Positions 40,111-49,870 of a stretch of DNA of 64,000 bases are shown here, piece after piece (position 1 is the stretch's first letter; the number at the start of each line of letters is the position of its first letter). This DNA is from Candidatus Omnitrophota bacterium. Lineage in GTDB: Bacteria; Omnitrophota; Gorgyraeia; Gygaellales; Profunditerraquicolaceae. The stretch is from assembly GCA_963805065.1 (NCBI GenBank), contig CAWDSS010000010.1, forward strand, positions 664,359 to 728,358, read 5' to 3'. The translations under genes were made by a program, and so were the position numbers. The notes under the pieces are model-generated. The model saw only the letters and a list, made by a program, of their open reading frames with translations, had not been told where the DNA came from and made no database searches.

Positions 40111-40764
40111 ATGATTGTCACCCAGCAAAAGCCTTTACAGGAACTGATCGTCAGCCTAAAAGATTACAACAAGATATTTCTGGTCGGTTGCGGAGAATGT
40201 GCCACTACTTGTAAAACCGGCGGAGAAGCAGAGCTTTTGGCGATGAAGAAGGCATTGGAAGAACAAGGGAAAATTATCGTAGGCACTTGTATTCCTTCTG
40301 CTCCTTGTGTGGCCAGCCAGGTAAAGACCGAGCTAGCCAAGAATATGAAAGCGTTGCGTGAAGCAGAGGCAATTTTAGTGTTGGCCTGCGGCCTGGGAGT
40401 GCAATCTGTAAAGGAAAATGACAGGCTGGGGCTTACGGTTTTACCGAGCTGCAATACAGTTTTCGGCGCTGTGATGGATAGCCAGGGTAATTTCTATGAA
40501 AAATGTTCCATGTGCGCAGAGTGTGTTCTGGATGTTACTGCGGGAATCTGTCCGATTACGCTATGTGCCAAAGGCCTTTTAAACGGGCCTTGCGGAGGCA
40601 TGGATAAAGGTAAATGTGAAGTCGACAAAGAAAAGGATTGCGCCTGGGTGTTAATTTATAAAGAATTAGCCAAAAAAAATAAGTTGGGTAAGATTAAACA
40701 AATCCAGGCGGCAAAGGACTTTAAAAAATCCGGCAAACCGCATCAATTAATTATCAATAAGTAA
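40111..40764 (+). CDS. Cys-rich protein resembling the methylenetetrahydrofolate reductase C-terminal (MetV-like) domain
   Basis: 217 aa with multiple Cys clusters (GCGECATTC, CSMCAECV, CPITLC) and the LLNGPCGG motif I associate with MTHFR_C/MetV proteins. Assigned from memory, not from a search. Confidence 0.5.
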   Translation: MIVTQQKPLQELIVSLKDYNKIFLVGCGECATTCKTGGEAELLAMKKALEEQGKIIVGTCIPSAPCVASQVKTELAKNMKALREAEAILVLACGLGVQSVKENDRLGLTVLPSCNTVFGAVMDSQGNFYEKCSMCAECVLDVTAGICPITLCAKGLLNGPCGGMDKGKCEVDKEKDCAWVLIYKELAKKNKLGKIKQIQAAKDFKKSGKPHQLIINK

Positions 40765-40767
40765 TAT

Positions 40768-41193
40768 ATGGCGCAATTACCTTATAGCGAAAAAGTAATG
40801 GATCATTTCATGAACCCCAGGAATGTTGGGGAAATTCCCGACGCCAGCGGCATAGGCACCGTAGGTAATCCTATCTGCGGAGACGTGATGAAGATGTTTC
40901 TAAAGATAGAAAACAACGTAATTGTGGATGTAAAATTCAAAACTTTTGGGTGCGGCGCGGCTGTGGCCACTAGTTCCATGGTTACGGAAATGGTTAAGGG
41001 CAAGACCATAGAAGAGGCGCTTAAAATTTCTAATAAGGCTGTAGCAGAAGCGTTGGGAGGGTTGCCGCCCATAAAAATGCACTGCTCTGTATTGGCTGAG
41101 GAAGCCCTGCGTTCTGCCTTGAATGATTATTATAAACGCCAGGGCAAAGAGCCACCTTTTAAATTTAGCGAACACGCCCACGAAGAACATTAG
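40768..41193 (+). CDS. iscU: Fe-S cluster assembly scaffold IscU/NifU-like
   Basis: 141 aa with NPICGDVMKM...FKTFGCGAAVATSS...MHCSVLAEEAL, giving the three conserved Cys in IscU spacing. Confidence 0.85.
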   Translation: MAQLPYSEKVMDHFMNPRNVGEIPDASGIGTVGNPICGDVMKMFLKIENNVIVDVKFKTFGCGAAVATSSMVTEMVKGKTIEEALKISNKAVAEALGGLPPIKMHCSVLAEEALRSALNDYYKRQGKEPPFKFSEHAHEEH

Positions 41194-41205
41194 AAGCTTT
41201 TCGTT

Positions 41206-41751
41206 ATGTTGACAAAAGCAGAAATCCGTAGTAAAATCCTTTTAAAGCTAAAAACACAAAAGGAGGACACAAGACGCCAAAAAAGTAGCATAATAAGAAA
41301 AAAACTTTTAAGGACAAAGGTTTTTAAGAAAGCAAAGACCATAATGTTCTACATCGCGTTTGACGGCGAAGTAAATACAGAAGAGATGATACGAGAAGCA
41401 AGATTATTAAATAAAATAATAGCTGTGCCAGTTTGCAAAAAGAATAGAATAACTATAAGGCCATGCCTGTTAGGCAAGAATCCCAGCTTAACAAAAGGCC
41501 CTTATGGAGTTTGCGAGCCAGCGGTTAAGAAATCTATCAAGCTAAAAGATATAGACTTGGTTGTTGTTCCAGGAGTAGCCTTTGATAAAAATGGCAACCG
41601 TTTAGGCCGCGGCAAGGGTTGTTATGATCGTCTGCTAAAATTGCTCCCCACAGACACCCCTTCTATAGGACTGGCATTTGACTTCCAAATCATTCCTTCT
41701 CTACCCACCCAAGAACACGATGTAGGCGTCAACAAGCTCATCTTTGCTTAA
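41206..41751 (+). CDS. 5-formyltetrahydrofolate cyclo-ligase
   Basis: 181 aa with the C-terminal signature VPGVAFDKNGNRLGRGKGCYDRLL. Confidence 0.85.
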   Translation: MLTKAEIRSKILLKLKTQKEDTRRQKSSIIRKKLLRTKVFKKAKTIMFYIAFDGEVNTEEMIREARLLNKIIAVPVCKKNRITIRPCLLGKNPSLTKGPYGVCEPAVKKSIKLKDIDLVVVPGVAFDKNGNRLGRGKGCYDRLLKLLPTDTPSIGLAFDFQIIPSLPTQEHDVGVNKLIFA

Positions 41752-41757
41752 TTCTTA

Positions 41758-41808
41758 GCTTTCAGTCATCAGTTTTCAGTTGAGAGCTGACAGCTGAAGG
41801 CTGAAAGC
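41758..41808 (+). terminator. imperfect long hairpin built of TTCAG/CTGAA words (terminator-like)
   Basis: GCTTTCAGTCATCAGTTTTCAG, loop, CTGACAGCTGAAGGCTGAAAGC, starting 7 nt after the stop codon. The U tract is weak. Confidence 0.4.
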
Positions 41809-41851
41809 AAAATTCAATTTTAATTATCAAAAAGGGAGGTCGAGTAAACTT

Positions 41852-43405
41852 ATGTTAAATATAATCATTTTTATCGGTATTGCCTTGGTTGCAACAGGCA
41901 TAGGTTATTTTTTAAGAAAGCACGTCGCGGAACAAAAGATTCAAAATGCGGAATTGCAAGCGCAGCATATTTTAGAACAGGCTAAAAAAGAAACACAGGA
42001 CAGGCGCCGTGAAGCCGAATTGGAGGCCAAAGATCTTCTTTACAGGATGCGCCAGGATTTTGAGCGCGAGACCAAAGACAGAAGGCAGGAAATTTCCAAC
42101 CTGGAGAAAAGGCTTACGCAAAAAGAAGAAAACATCGATAGGAGACTGGATTTATTAGAAAAGAAAGAAAAGGAAATTGAGGCAAGGCATGAAAACATCA
42201 AAAAGCAGGAAGAGGCGCTGAAGCTCAAGGATAATCAGTTGCATTTACTCATCGCCGAGGAAAAAGACAGGCTGCAAAAAATTTCCTCTTTATCGGCAGA
42301 AGAGGCAAAACAGATTTTGCTTAGCCGCCTTAACGAAGAATTGAATGCGGAAAAAGCCGTGTTTATAAAGAGGCAGGAAGAGGAATTGCGCAGCATCTCT
42401 GACAAAAAAGCCAGGGAGATTTTAAGCCTGGCAATACAAAGGTGTGCCGCAGAACATACCGTGGAATCTACCGTAAGCGTAGTAACGCTTCCTAATGATG
42501 AAATGAAAGGAAGGGTTATCGGAAGAGAAGGTAGAAATATCCGCGCACTGGAAATGGCCACGGGAGTAGACGTTATTATCGACGATACTCCTGAAGCAGT
42601 AACCCTGTCTGCCTTTGATACGGTGCGCAGGGAAATTGCGCGGCTTAGCCTGGAAAAACTCATTGCCGACGGCAGAATCCATCCCGGAAGAATCGAAGAA
42701 ATAGTGGAAAAAACCAAAAAAGAGATGGATGAAAAAATAAAAGAAGAAGGAGAGCGCGCGGCATTTGAAGCAGGGGTTAACGGCCTGCATCCTGAATTGG
42801 TAAAGCTTTTAGGCAGGTTAAAATACCGCACCAGCTTCGGCCAGAATGCGCTGCAGCACTCCAAGGAAGTTTCGTTTCTATTGGGCATGATGGCGTCTGA
42901 GTTAGGATTGGATTTTAAATTGGGCAGGCGTATCGGACTATTACATGATATAGGCAAGGCCGTAGACCATCAGGTTGAAGGCACCCATGCAAAATTGGGA
43001 GCGGACCTGGCGAAAAAATATAACGAGCTGCAGGAAGTAGTAGGCGCGATTGAGGCGCACCACGAAGAAACTCAGCCTCAAAGCTTGTATGCGGTATTGG
43101 CAGTGGCAGCAGATGCCATAAGCGCTGCCCGGCCAGGCGCCAGGCGCGAGACCTTAGAGACCTATATAAAGAGGCTGGAAAAATTAGAGTCCATTGCCAA
43201 CTTGTTTAAAGGCGTTGAGAAATCGTTTGCCATACAGGCAGGACGCGAAATACGCGTAATCGTGCAGCCGGAAAAAATCACGGATACGGATGCAGTAAAT
43301 CTTGCCCGCGATATAAGAAAAAAGATAGAGGAAGGCATGGAGTATCCCGGACAGATTAAGGTTACTGTAATTCGAGAGACAAGAGCGATTGAGTTCGCAA
43401 AGTAA
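41852..43405 (+). CDS. rny: ribonuclease Y
   Basis: 517 aa with an N-terminal TM helix, a coiled coil, a KH domain ([15 protein letters not shown]) and an HD domain (LLHDIGKA). Confidence 0.95.
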   Translation: MLNIIIFIGIALVATGIGYFLRKHVAEQKIQNAELQAQHILEQAKKETQDRRREAELEAKDLLYRMRQDFERETKDRRQEISNLEKRLTQKEENIDRRLDLLEKKEKEIEARHENIKKQEEALKLKDNQLHLLIAEEKDRLQKISSLSAEEAKQILLSRLNEELNAEKAVFIKRQEEELRSISDKKAREILSLAIQRCAAEHTVESTVSVVTLPNDEMKGRVIGREGRNIRALEMATGVDVIIDDTPEAVTLSAFDTVRREIARLSLEKLIADGRIHPGRIEEIVEKTKKEMDEKIKEEGERAAFEAGVNGLHPELVKLLGRLKYRTSFGQNALQHSKEVSFLLGMMASELGLDFKLGRRIGLLHDIGKAVDHQVEGTHAKLGADLAKKYNELQEVVGAIEAHHEETQPQSLYAVLAVAADAISAARPGARRETLETYIKRLEKLESIANLFKGVEKSFAIQAGREIRVIVQPEKITDTDAVNLARDIRKKIEEGMEYPGQIKVTVIRETRAIEFAK

Positions 43406-43535
43406 TTGTGTAATGTGTAAAGTGTAATGTGTAATGCCAGTGTAACGCAAAACAAAGTGTAATGGCAAAAGCATTCCCATTACACAATTAAACATTACAC
43501 CCACGTTACACATTACACATTAAACGTTACACAGA
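43406..43535 (+). repeat. GTGTAAT-word intergenic repeat, copy C
   Basis: It fills the whole rny-stop to ymdB-start gap and is near-identical to copy B. Confidence 0.9.
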
Positions 43536-43543
43536 TAAAATAT

Positions 43544-44338
43544 ATGAATATTTTATTTATCGGCGACATAGTCGGCAGACCTGGCAGAGACGCAATTAAA
43601 CAACTCTTGCCAGAACTGCAAAAACAATACCAGCTGGATTTCGTGATTGCCAACGCAGAAAATGCAGCCGGAGGTTCAGGCATTACTCTCAAGGTGTCAG
43701 AGGAGCTTTTTAATTCAGGCATAGATGTTATTACGTCCGGTGACCACATTTGGAAAAAACAGGATGTCTTTGAGTTTATAAATCAAGAAGAAAGGATATT
43801 AAGGCCAATAAATTTCCCGGCAGGCGCTCCGGGAAGAGGTTTTAATGTATATAAAACAAAAGGCAACAAAATTTTAGGAGTGGTCAATGTAAATGGCAGG
43901 GTGTTTATGGAGCCGTTGGAATGTCCTTTTAGAACTACTCTCGCTGCCTGTGAGGAAATATCTAAAGAAACAAATATAATAATCGTAGATATCCATGCCG
44001 AAGCAACATCAGAAAAAATTGCCTTGGGATGGTATTTAGACGGCAAGGTATCCGCGGTCTTGGGCACGCATACCCACATACAAACTGCGGATGAAAGAAT
44101 TCTACCCCAGGGGACAGCCTTTCTTACGGATGCCGGCATGACCGGTCCGTATGATTCTGTTATCGGAAGAAAAGTCGAGGATGTATTAGAGAGATTTCTT
44201 ACTGCCATACCCACAAGGTTTGAAGTGGCATCAGAGAATATCCGGCTTTGCGGAGCAGTTCTGGATATAGACGATAAAACAGGTAAGGCGCGTTCGATTG
44301 AGAGAATTCAAAGAAAACTATTGCTTAATGACAAATGA
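43544..44338 (+). CDS. ymdB: YmdB-family metallophosphoesterase (2',3'-cyclic-nucleotide 2'-phosphodiesterase)
   Basis: 264 aa containing MNILFIGDIVGRPGR...NAENAAGG...GDH.... Conserved rny-ymdB synteny. Confidence 0.88.
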   Translation: MNILFIGDIVGRPGRDAIKQLLPELQKQYQLDFVIANAENAAGGSGITLKVSEELFNSGIDVITSGDHIWKKQDVFEFINQEERILRPINFPAGAPGRGFNVYKTKGNKILGVVNVNGRVFMEPLECPFRTTLAACEEISKETNIIIVDIHAEATSEKIALGWYLDGKVSAVLGTHTHIQTADERILPQGTAFLTDAGMTGPYDSVIGRKVEDVLERFLTAIPTRFEVASENIRLCGAVLDIDDKTGKARSIERIQRKLLLNDK

Positions 44339-46323
44339 CAAAATTCAAAGTACAAAATAAATCCTTTAATTCAGGCAATTCAACACCCAAAGAAAAGGGG
44401 ACGTTTCTATTTTTAACGTTTCCTAATCAGAAGAAAAATAGAAACGTCCCCTTTATTTTGGGTTTTGTCATTTGTGCTTTGAGTTTATTTTGGATTTTGT
44501 GCTTTGATATTTGTCATTCAGCCTTTGCTCAAGAAACAGACCTTGAATTCTCTCTTGATGCCGCATCCAATACAATTACTCTTCCCAAGATCTTTAAGCC
44601 CAATATCGACCTAAGCGGACGCGGGTATCACCGTGATGCAGCCTGGCCACAAAATTTGGCAGCAAAAGAGACTATCGAACGCTGGCAAAACGATATCGGA
44701 TTTAACGGCATATACCGCATGCAGTATAGCTTATGGGAAATAACCCAGCTTTCAAAAGACAAGGAAGCGCAGGATAAGCTGCTGGGTAATTACGAAGACA
44801 TAATGAAGGACATAACTGATGCCGGAGGCATAGTTATTCTGGATGTTTTTGGCACGCCGGCCGGATTAGGCCAGGTATTGGATAAAAAAAGCCCTGCCCG
44901 CGACCTCAAGGCATTCAAGGAATTCATCAAAGGCTATATAAGGCAATTAAGTTGTAATAAAAAATATAATATATGGTATGAGCTTTGGGATGCGCCTGAC
45001 TTGGACGATTTCTTTTTAGGCAGGAAACAAGACTACCTGAATATGTACCGGGCGCTAGCTGAGAGCGTAGAAGAACTGGAGGCAGAAACAAAAATACATA
45101 TACCTATTGGAGGCCCCAGCGTAAGCTGGTGGTTCCAGAACCTTGATGGTAACACAATCGCAACTCCCGAAAAGAGCCTGGCCTACGAATTAATTAAATT
45201 CTGTTCGCATTACCACTTGCGGCTGGATTTTATCAGCTGGCATGCTTTCTCAACAGATGTTGCCGCGGAAAAGGAAATCAGCTTATATAAGAAAACTGCG
45301 GTTGAGCTCATTCGCGATTGGTTATCCTATTTTAATCTTGATAGAAATACCCCTTTAATTGTAGATGAATGGAATTACGACACCAATGCCAACATAGTGC
45401 CAGGCCGGGCAGAGAAATCATTTATTTGCGCCAGTTACATCCCCGGCCGCATAAAGAATATGTTCGAATCCGGGATAGATTACCAGATTTATTTTTGCCT
45501 GGAGGACTTTCAGAACAACAAAGAAGGAGTAGTAAGAAACGTAGGGATTTTTTCTTTTGACCCGGAAAGTTCCAAATACAACGCTAAAGCCAAAGCCACA
45601 TACACTGCGTTTAGGATGCTTGGAAGCCTGGGGGCTGAGATGTATTTAACAAAGCTCGATGACCCTTTTGTGGGAGTAATTGCTACCAAGACGCCGGAGG
45701 GGCTGGTTTTTCTGATTTATAATTACATTGATCCGGACATTGCAATGAATTATATCTCTAAAAATATTGCCAGTTTAAATCCTGCCGAACGAAAAAGACT
45801 GATTAATATTATTAAAGCAAAAAAAATCGAAGATATTTTAAAAGGCACTTCCGACATATCGGTTTTACGCCTGCCAAACAACGTGAAAAATTTGTTGAAA
45901 AAGGCCCGCGATTTGGATGACAAGGAAAAGAAGTTTGAAACAACCGAGCGCAATATAAAGATACAAATCAAAAACTTAAGCACACCAATTGATAAATCTT
46001 CGCAACAATCAACAGAACCAGTTAGCGCAGAAACAAAACAAGAGTACATTTACCAGCGTTACGTGCTGGATTCTGGGTGTAGCTCTGATTGTGAATTTAG
46101 CCCGTTTGAACAGAAAGACGTTTTTGGACTTGAGGTTTTTGAAGAGAAATTAACTATTAAGCCGTATTCGCTACAAATGGTTTTATTTAAAAAGAAACCC
46201 CAAGAGCTGGAGGCCCCAAAGACAACTGAGCAGCCGGCTGCTAACACGGCACCTATTGCTACTGCTGAGCCTACGGCACCCGCACCAGCCAAGAGCGAAG
46301 AGACGAATGCAGCAAAACAATAA
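44335..46323 (+). CDS. secreted TIM-barrel glycoside hydrolase-like protein (GH39/GH5-like) with a Pro/Ala/Thr-rich tail
   Basis: Hydrophobic signal/anchor VPFILGFVICALSLFWILCFDICHSAFA/QE. Candidate acid/base site YELWDAPD and nucleophile VDEWNYD. The start is uncertain: the ATG at 44335 precedes the terminator-like hairpin, and an alternative TTG lies at 44458. Confidence 0.6.
   Translation: MTKFKVQNKSFNSGNSTPKEKGTFLFLTFPNQKKNRNVPFILGFVICALSLFWILCFDICHSAFAQETDLEFSLDAASNTITLPKIFKPNIDLSGRGYHRDAAWPQNLAAKETIERWQNDIGFNGIYRMQYSLWEITQLSKDKEAQDKLLGNYEDIMKDITDAGGIVILDVFGTPAGLGQVLDKKSPARDLKAFKEFIKGYIRQLSCNKKYNIWYELWDAPDLDDFFLGRKQDYLNMYRALAESVEELEAETKIHIPIGGPSVSWWFQNLDGNTIATPEKSLAYELIKFCSHYHLRLDFISWHAFSTDVAAEKEISLYKKTAVELIRDWLSYFNLDRNTPLIVDEWNYDTNANIVPGRAEKSFICASYIPGRIKNMFESGIDYQIYFCLEDFQNNKEGVVRNVGIFSFDPESSKYNAKAKATYTAFRMLGSLGAEMYLTKLDDPFVGVIATKTPEGLVFLIYNYIDPDIAMNYISKNIASLNPAERKRLINIIKAKKIEDILKGTSDISVLRLPNNVKNLLKKARDLDDKEKKFETTERNIKIQIKNLSTPIDKSSQQSTEPVSAETKQEYIYQRYVLDSGCSSDCEFSPFEQKDVFGLEVFEEKLTIKPYSLQMVLFKKKPQELEAPKTTEQPAANTAPIATAEPTAPAPAKSEETNAAKQ
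44394..44458 (+). terminator. conserved hairpin / intrinsic-terminator-like repeat, copy 2
   Basis: It has the same 21-nt arms and flanks as 19044-19108 with a different loop, followed by TTTATTTT. It lies 56 nt after the ymdB stop. Confidence 0.75.
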
Positions 46324-47584
46324 AGATAGGCATATCTTTACGGTTTCCGAAATAACCAAAGATATTAAGTTAATCCTGGAAAATACCTTTGGGCAAGTCT
46401 GGGTTGAAGGCGAGGTTTCCAATTTTAAAGCAGCCAGCTCCGGGCACTTTTATTTTTCCTTAAAAGATGAAGGCGCACTTCTGGCAGCAGCGATGTTTTC
46501 CCGCGCCAATAAAGACATAAAATTCAAGATAGAAGACGGCCTCAAGGTAATAAGTTTTGGCAAAATTGACGTTTATGCGCCGCGCGGGCAATATCAGATA
46601 ATCATAGAAAGAATTGAACCCAAGGGCATAGGTGCACAGCAGTTGGCTTTTGAGCAGCTGAAAAATAAATTGTTAAAAGAAGGCTTATTTGATTCTGCGC
46701 ATAAAAGAGAACTGCCGTTAATGCCTTTTCGGCTGGGTTTAGTTACTTCCAGCGCAGGTGCCGCGGTAAGGGATATTTTACAGATACTTAAAAAAGGAGC
46801 ACCTTGCGTTGATGTTGTAATCCGCTCAGTGCGGGTGCAGGGGGAATTTGCGGCAAAAGAGATAGCTGCAGCAGTGGAAGATTTCAATCAGTTTTCCCGC
46901 CAAGCGAATGAAAGCGAGGGCGGGATCCCGCAAAATGCGGGAAAGCAGGTGGATGTAATTATCATTTCGCGCGGCGGCGGAAGCATAGAAGACCTCTGGT
47001 CGTTTAACGAAGAAATAGTAGCGCGCGCAATTTATAATTCCCAGATCCCCACTATTTCTGCAGTGGGCCATCAAATAAACATTACTTTATCCGATATGGT
47101 TGCGGATGTATTTGTCGAGACCCCCTCTGCAGCAGCAAAAATCATCGTGGACAAGAAAAATCAGTTTAAAGCTAACATGGATAATTATAGATATGAACTC
47201 AAGTCTTCTATTACGCAAACACTCAATTCCCTTAAGCATGACTTGATAGCATTAAGGCATATGCTTAAGAGCCCTCTGGACAGGCTGTTGGAGAAACAGC
47301 AGTTGTTAGACGAGATGGGCGCGGGCCTTACAAATAATATGAAGAGTTACATAAACATAATAAAGGAAAAAGCGTCCTCTTTGATTCAGAGGCTGGAGGT
47401 CTTAAGCCCCCTTTCAGTATTATCGCGCGGATATAGCTTAAGTATGATTTTTCCCACAGGAGAAATAGTTAAAGACGCAAAGGAGCTTAAAAAAGGCGAT
47501 TCGATAAAAACGGTTTTAGAGAAAGGTGCGTTTATAAGTTCTGTAGAGGAGGTTATAAAGGATGAAGGAAAAACAAAACTTTGA
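46307..47584 (+). CDS. xseA: exodeoxyribonuclease VII large subunit
   Basis: OB-fold N-terminus FTVSEITKDIKLILENTFGQVWVEGEVSNFK and catalytic core ...ISRGGGSIEDLW.... I prefer the ATG at 46307 over the track start at 46256. Confidence 0.92.
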   Translation: MQQNNKDRHIFTVSEITKDIKLILENTFGQVWVEGEVSNFKAASSGHFYFSLKDEGALLAAAMFSRANKDIKFKIEDGLKVISFGKIDVYAPRGQYQIIIERIEPKGIGAQQLAFEQLKNKLLKEGLFDSAHKRELPLMPFRLGLVTSSAGAAVRDILQILKKGAPCVDVVIRSVRVQGEFAAKEIAAAVEDFNQFSRQANESEGGIPQNAGKQVDVIIISRGGGSIEDLWSFNEEIVARAIYNSQIPTISAVGHQINITLSDMVADVFVETPSAAAKIIVDKKNQFKANMDNYRYELKSSITQTLNSLKHDLIALRHMLKSPLDRLLEKQQLLDEMGAGLTNNMKSYINIIKEKASSLIQRLEVLSPLSVLSRGYSLSMIFPTGEIVKDAKELKKGDSIKTVLEKGAFISSVEEVIKDEGKTKL

Positions 47585-47804
47585 AGAAGACATTAAAAAA
47601 TTACAAAGAATAGTCGAGGAGCTGGCCGGTGGTAAACTTACGCTGCAGGAATCCCTGAAAAAATACGAGGAAGGCATTAAGTTAGCCCAATCATGCTCTT
47701 CTCAATTGTCAGACGCCCAGAGAAAAGTAGAGTTATTGATGAAAAAAGACGGAAAGTTCTCTCTGGATAAATTTGAAGACGAAGAACCCAAGGAAGGAAA
47801 CTAA
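47562..47804 (+). CDS. xseB: exodeoxyribonuclease VII small subunit
   Basis: 80 aa with FEEDIKKLQRIVEELAGGKLTLQESLKKYEEGIKLAQSC. Overlaps xseA. Confidence 0.88.
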   Translation: MKEKQNFEEDIKKLQRIVEELAGGKLTLQESLKKYEEGIKLAQSCSSQLSDAQRKVELLMKKDGKFSLDKFEDEEPKEGN

Positions 47805-49666
47805 TGTGGCTTGAATTAATTAATTCCCCTGGCGACTTAAAAAATCTTTCAGTTGAACAGCTTATTTTGCTTGCAGCGGAGATTCGTAAACGGATGATTG
47901 AAGCAGTGTCTTCATCTGGAGGCCATCTTGCCTCAAGCCTGGGGACGGTAGAGCTGGCAGTTGCCTTGCATTATTGTTTGGATACACCAAACGATAAAAT
48001 CATCTGGGACGTGGGGCACCAGGCCTACGCGCATAAAATCTTAACCGGAAGAAATATTGATTTCTCTGGGCTACGCCAATACGGCGGGATAAGCGGATTT
48101 CCCTGTAAAGATGAATCCGAATATGACCCCTTTACCACAGGGCACAGTTCAAATGCCGTGTCTTTGGCATCAGGCCTTGCCTGTGCAAGGGACAACTTGC
48201 CCAAAGACAAATATTTTAAGGTGATTGCCGTAATAGGGGATGGCTCTTTGAGCGGTGGCTTGTGTTTTGAGGGGCTTAATAATGCCGGGCATTTAAAAAA
48301 GGATATGCTGGTCATCTTAAACACTAATGAATTAAGTATTGCCCCGAATGTAGGCGCGTTAAGCACTTACCTAAATAAACTTATTTCTCTACCTATCTAC
48401 AACCGTTTTAAATATTCCCTGGAAGATTTTGTAAAATCCCGCATGCCTAAGGGCAGCCGTGTAATAAAACTTGCCAATAAATTTGAAGAAGGGCTTAAGA
48501 GCTTGTTTGTACCGGGAATGTTTTTCGAAGAACTGGGGTTTCGTTATTTTGGCCCGTTAGACGGCCACGACATCAGCCGTCTGATACACACCTTAAAAAA
48601 CATACTGGGCTTTAAAGGCCCCAAAATACTTCACGTAGTGACAAAAAAAGGTAAAGGTTATATTCCTGCAGAGTCTGAACCAGTAAGGTTTCACGGGACA
48701 GGGCCTTTTGATATTGCTACCGGCAAGGCCAAGGCAAAAGATAAGGCGGCACTTAAAACCTACACAGAAGTTTTTAGCGAAAAGATTGCCAGCTTAGCAG
48801 AAAACAATAAAGATATTATTGCCATAACTGCTGCTATGCCCGAAGGAACAGGCCTGGATAGATTCCGGGATTTGTATCCGGAAAGATTTTTTGACGTTGG
48901 CATTGCCGAAGGGCACGCAGTCTGTTTTGCTGCAGGTCTGGCCAGGGCCGGGTTGAAGCCGGTAGTCGCCATATATTCCACATTTTTACAGCGGGCCTAT
49001 GACCAGATTATACAGGACGTGGCCTTGCAGAGGCTAAGCGTGATTTTTGCCATTGACCGCGCAGGAATTGTGGGTGAAGACGGAGCAACCCACCAGGGAG
49101 TTTTTGATATTGCCTTCTTAAGGCATATTCCTAACCTGGTAGTAATGGCTCCTAAAGATGGCCCGGAACTTGAGGCAATGCTGGAATTTGCCGTCGGGTT
49201 GAAAGAACCCGTTGCCATAAGGTATCCTAAATCATCCATTCCCTCTATTCATTATCAAACCCAGCCCTTGGAATTGCATAAAGCAGAAATATTAAAAAAA
49301 GGCAGGGATTTTGCTATGATCGCGGTCGGCAGCATGGTCAATACATGTTTTGAAGCTATGCAATTATTAGAGAAACACTCTTTGTCAGGGACATTAATAA
49401 ATGCCCGGTTTATAAAACCATTGGATAATGAGTTGCTGGAAGATGTCGCTTCAGGGTGGAAATTTATTTTTACTGCAGAAGAAGGATTGCTGGATGGCGG
49501 GTTTGGCAGTGCTGTGGCTGAGGCAACAAATGCAGCGGTTACTAAAATAGGCTTGCCTTGCGAATTTATATTGCACGGCAAGAGAGATAAATTATTGGAC
49601 AAATACGGCTTAACCCCTGAAGGTATTTGCAACAGAATTTTAGAGGTTACCAAAAAACGTGGCTAA
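47804..49666 (+). CDS. dxs: 1-deoxy-D-xylulose-5-phosphate synthase
   Basis: 620 aa with GGHLASSLGTVEL, the TPP-binding GDGSLSGG, and transketolase-like middle and C-terminal domains. Confidence 0.95.
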   Translation: MWLELINSPGDLKNLSVEQLILLAAEIRKRMIEAVSSSGGHLASSLGTVELAVALHYCLDTPNDKIIWDVGHQAYAHKILTGRNIDFSGLRQYGGISGFPCKDESEYDPFTTGHSSNAVSLASGLACARDNLPKDKYFKVIAVIGDGSLSGGLCFEGLNNAGHLKKDMLVILNTNELSIAPNVGALSTYLNKLISLPIYNRFKYSLEDFVKSRMPKGSRVIKLANKFEEGLKSLFVPGMFFEELGFRYFGPLDGHDISRLIHTLKNILGFKGPKILHVVTKKGKGYIPAESEPVRFHGTGPFDIATGKAKAKDKAALKTYTEVFSEKIASLAENNKDIIAITAAMPEGTGLDRFRDLYPERFFDVGIAEGHAVCFAAGLARAGLKPVVAIYSTFLQRAYDQIIQDVALQRLSVIFAIDRAGIVGEDGATHQGVFDIAFLRHIPNLVVMAPKDGPELEAMLEFAVGLKEPVAIRYPKSSIPSIHYQTQPLELHKAEILKKGRDFAMIAVGSMVNTCFEAMQLLEKHSLSGTLINARFIKPLDNELLEDVASGWKFIFTAEEGLLDGGFGSAVAEATNAAVTKIGLPCEFILHGKRDKLLDKYGLTPEGICNRILEVTKKRG

Positions 49667-49862
49667 AGTCAGCATTAATAAAGACAAGTGCAAAGGCTGC
49701 CTCTTGTGCATAAGCTTCTGTCCCAAGGGAGCAATTAAAAAAAGCAAAGCAATAAATAAATTGGGAGTTAATTTTGTAGAATTTCAAGATAATGATGCTT
49801 GTTTAGGCTGCATGATGTGCGCTCTTATTTGCCCTGATTGCTGTATAGAAATTTATAAATAA
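49659..49862 (+). CDS. 4Fe-4S dicluster ferredoxin (delta subunit of 2-oxoacid:ferredoxin oxidoreductase)
   Basis: 67 aa with two CxxCxxCxxxCP motifs (CKGCLLCISFCP, CLGCMMCALICP). Confidence 0.85.
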   Translation: MAKVSINKDKCKGCLLCISFCPKGAIKKSKAINKLGVNFVEFQDNDACLGCMMCALICPDCCIEIYK

Positions 49863-49870
49863 CCGCTATT

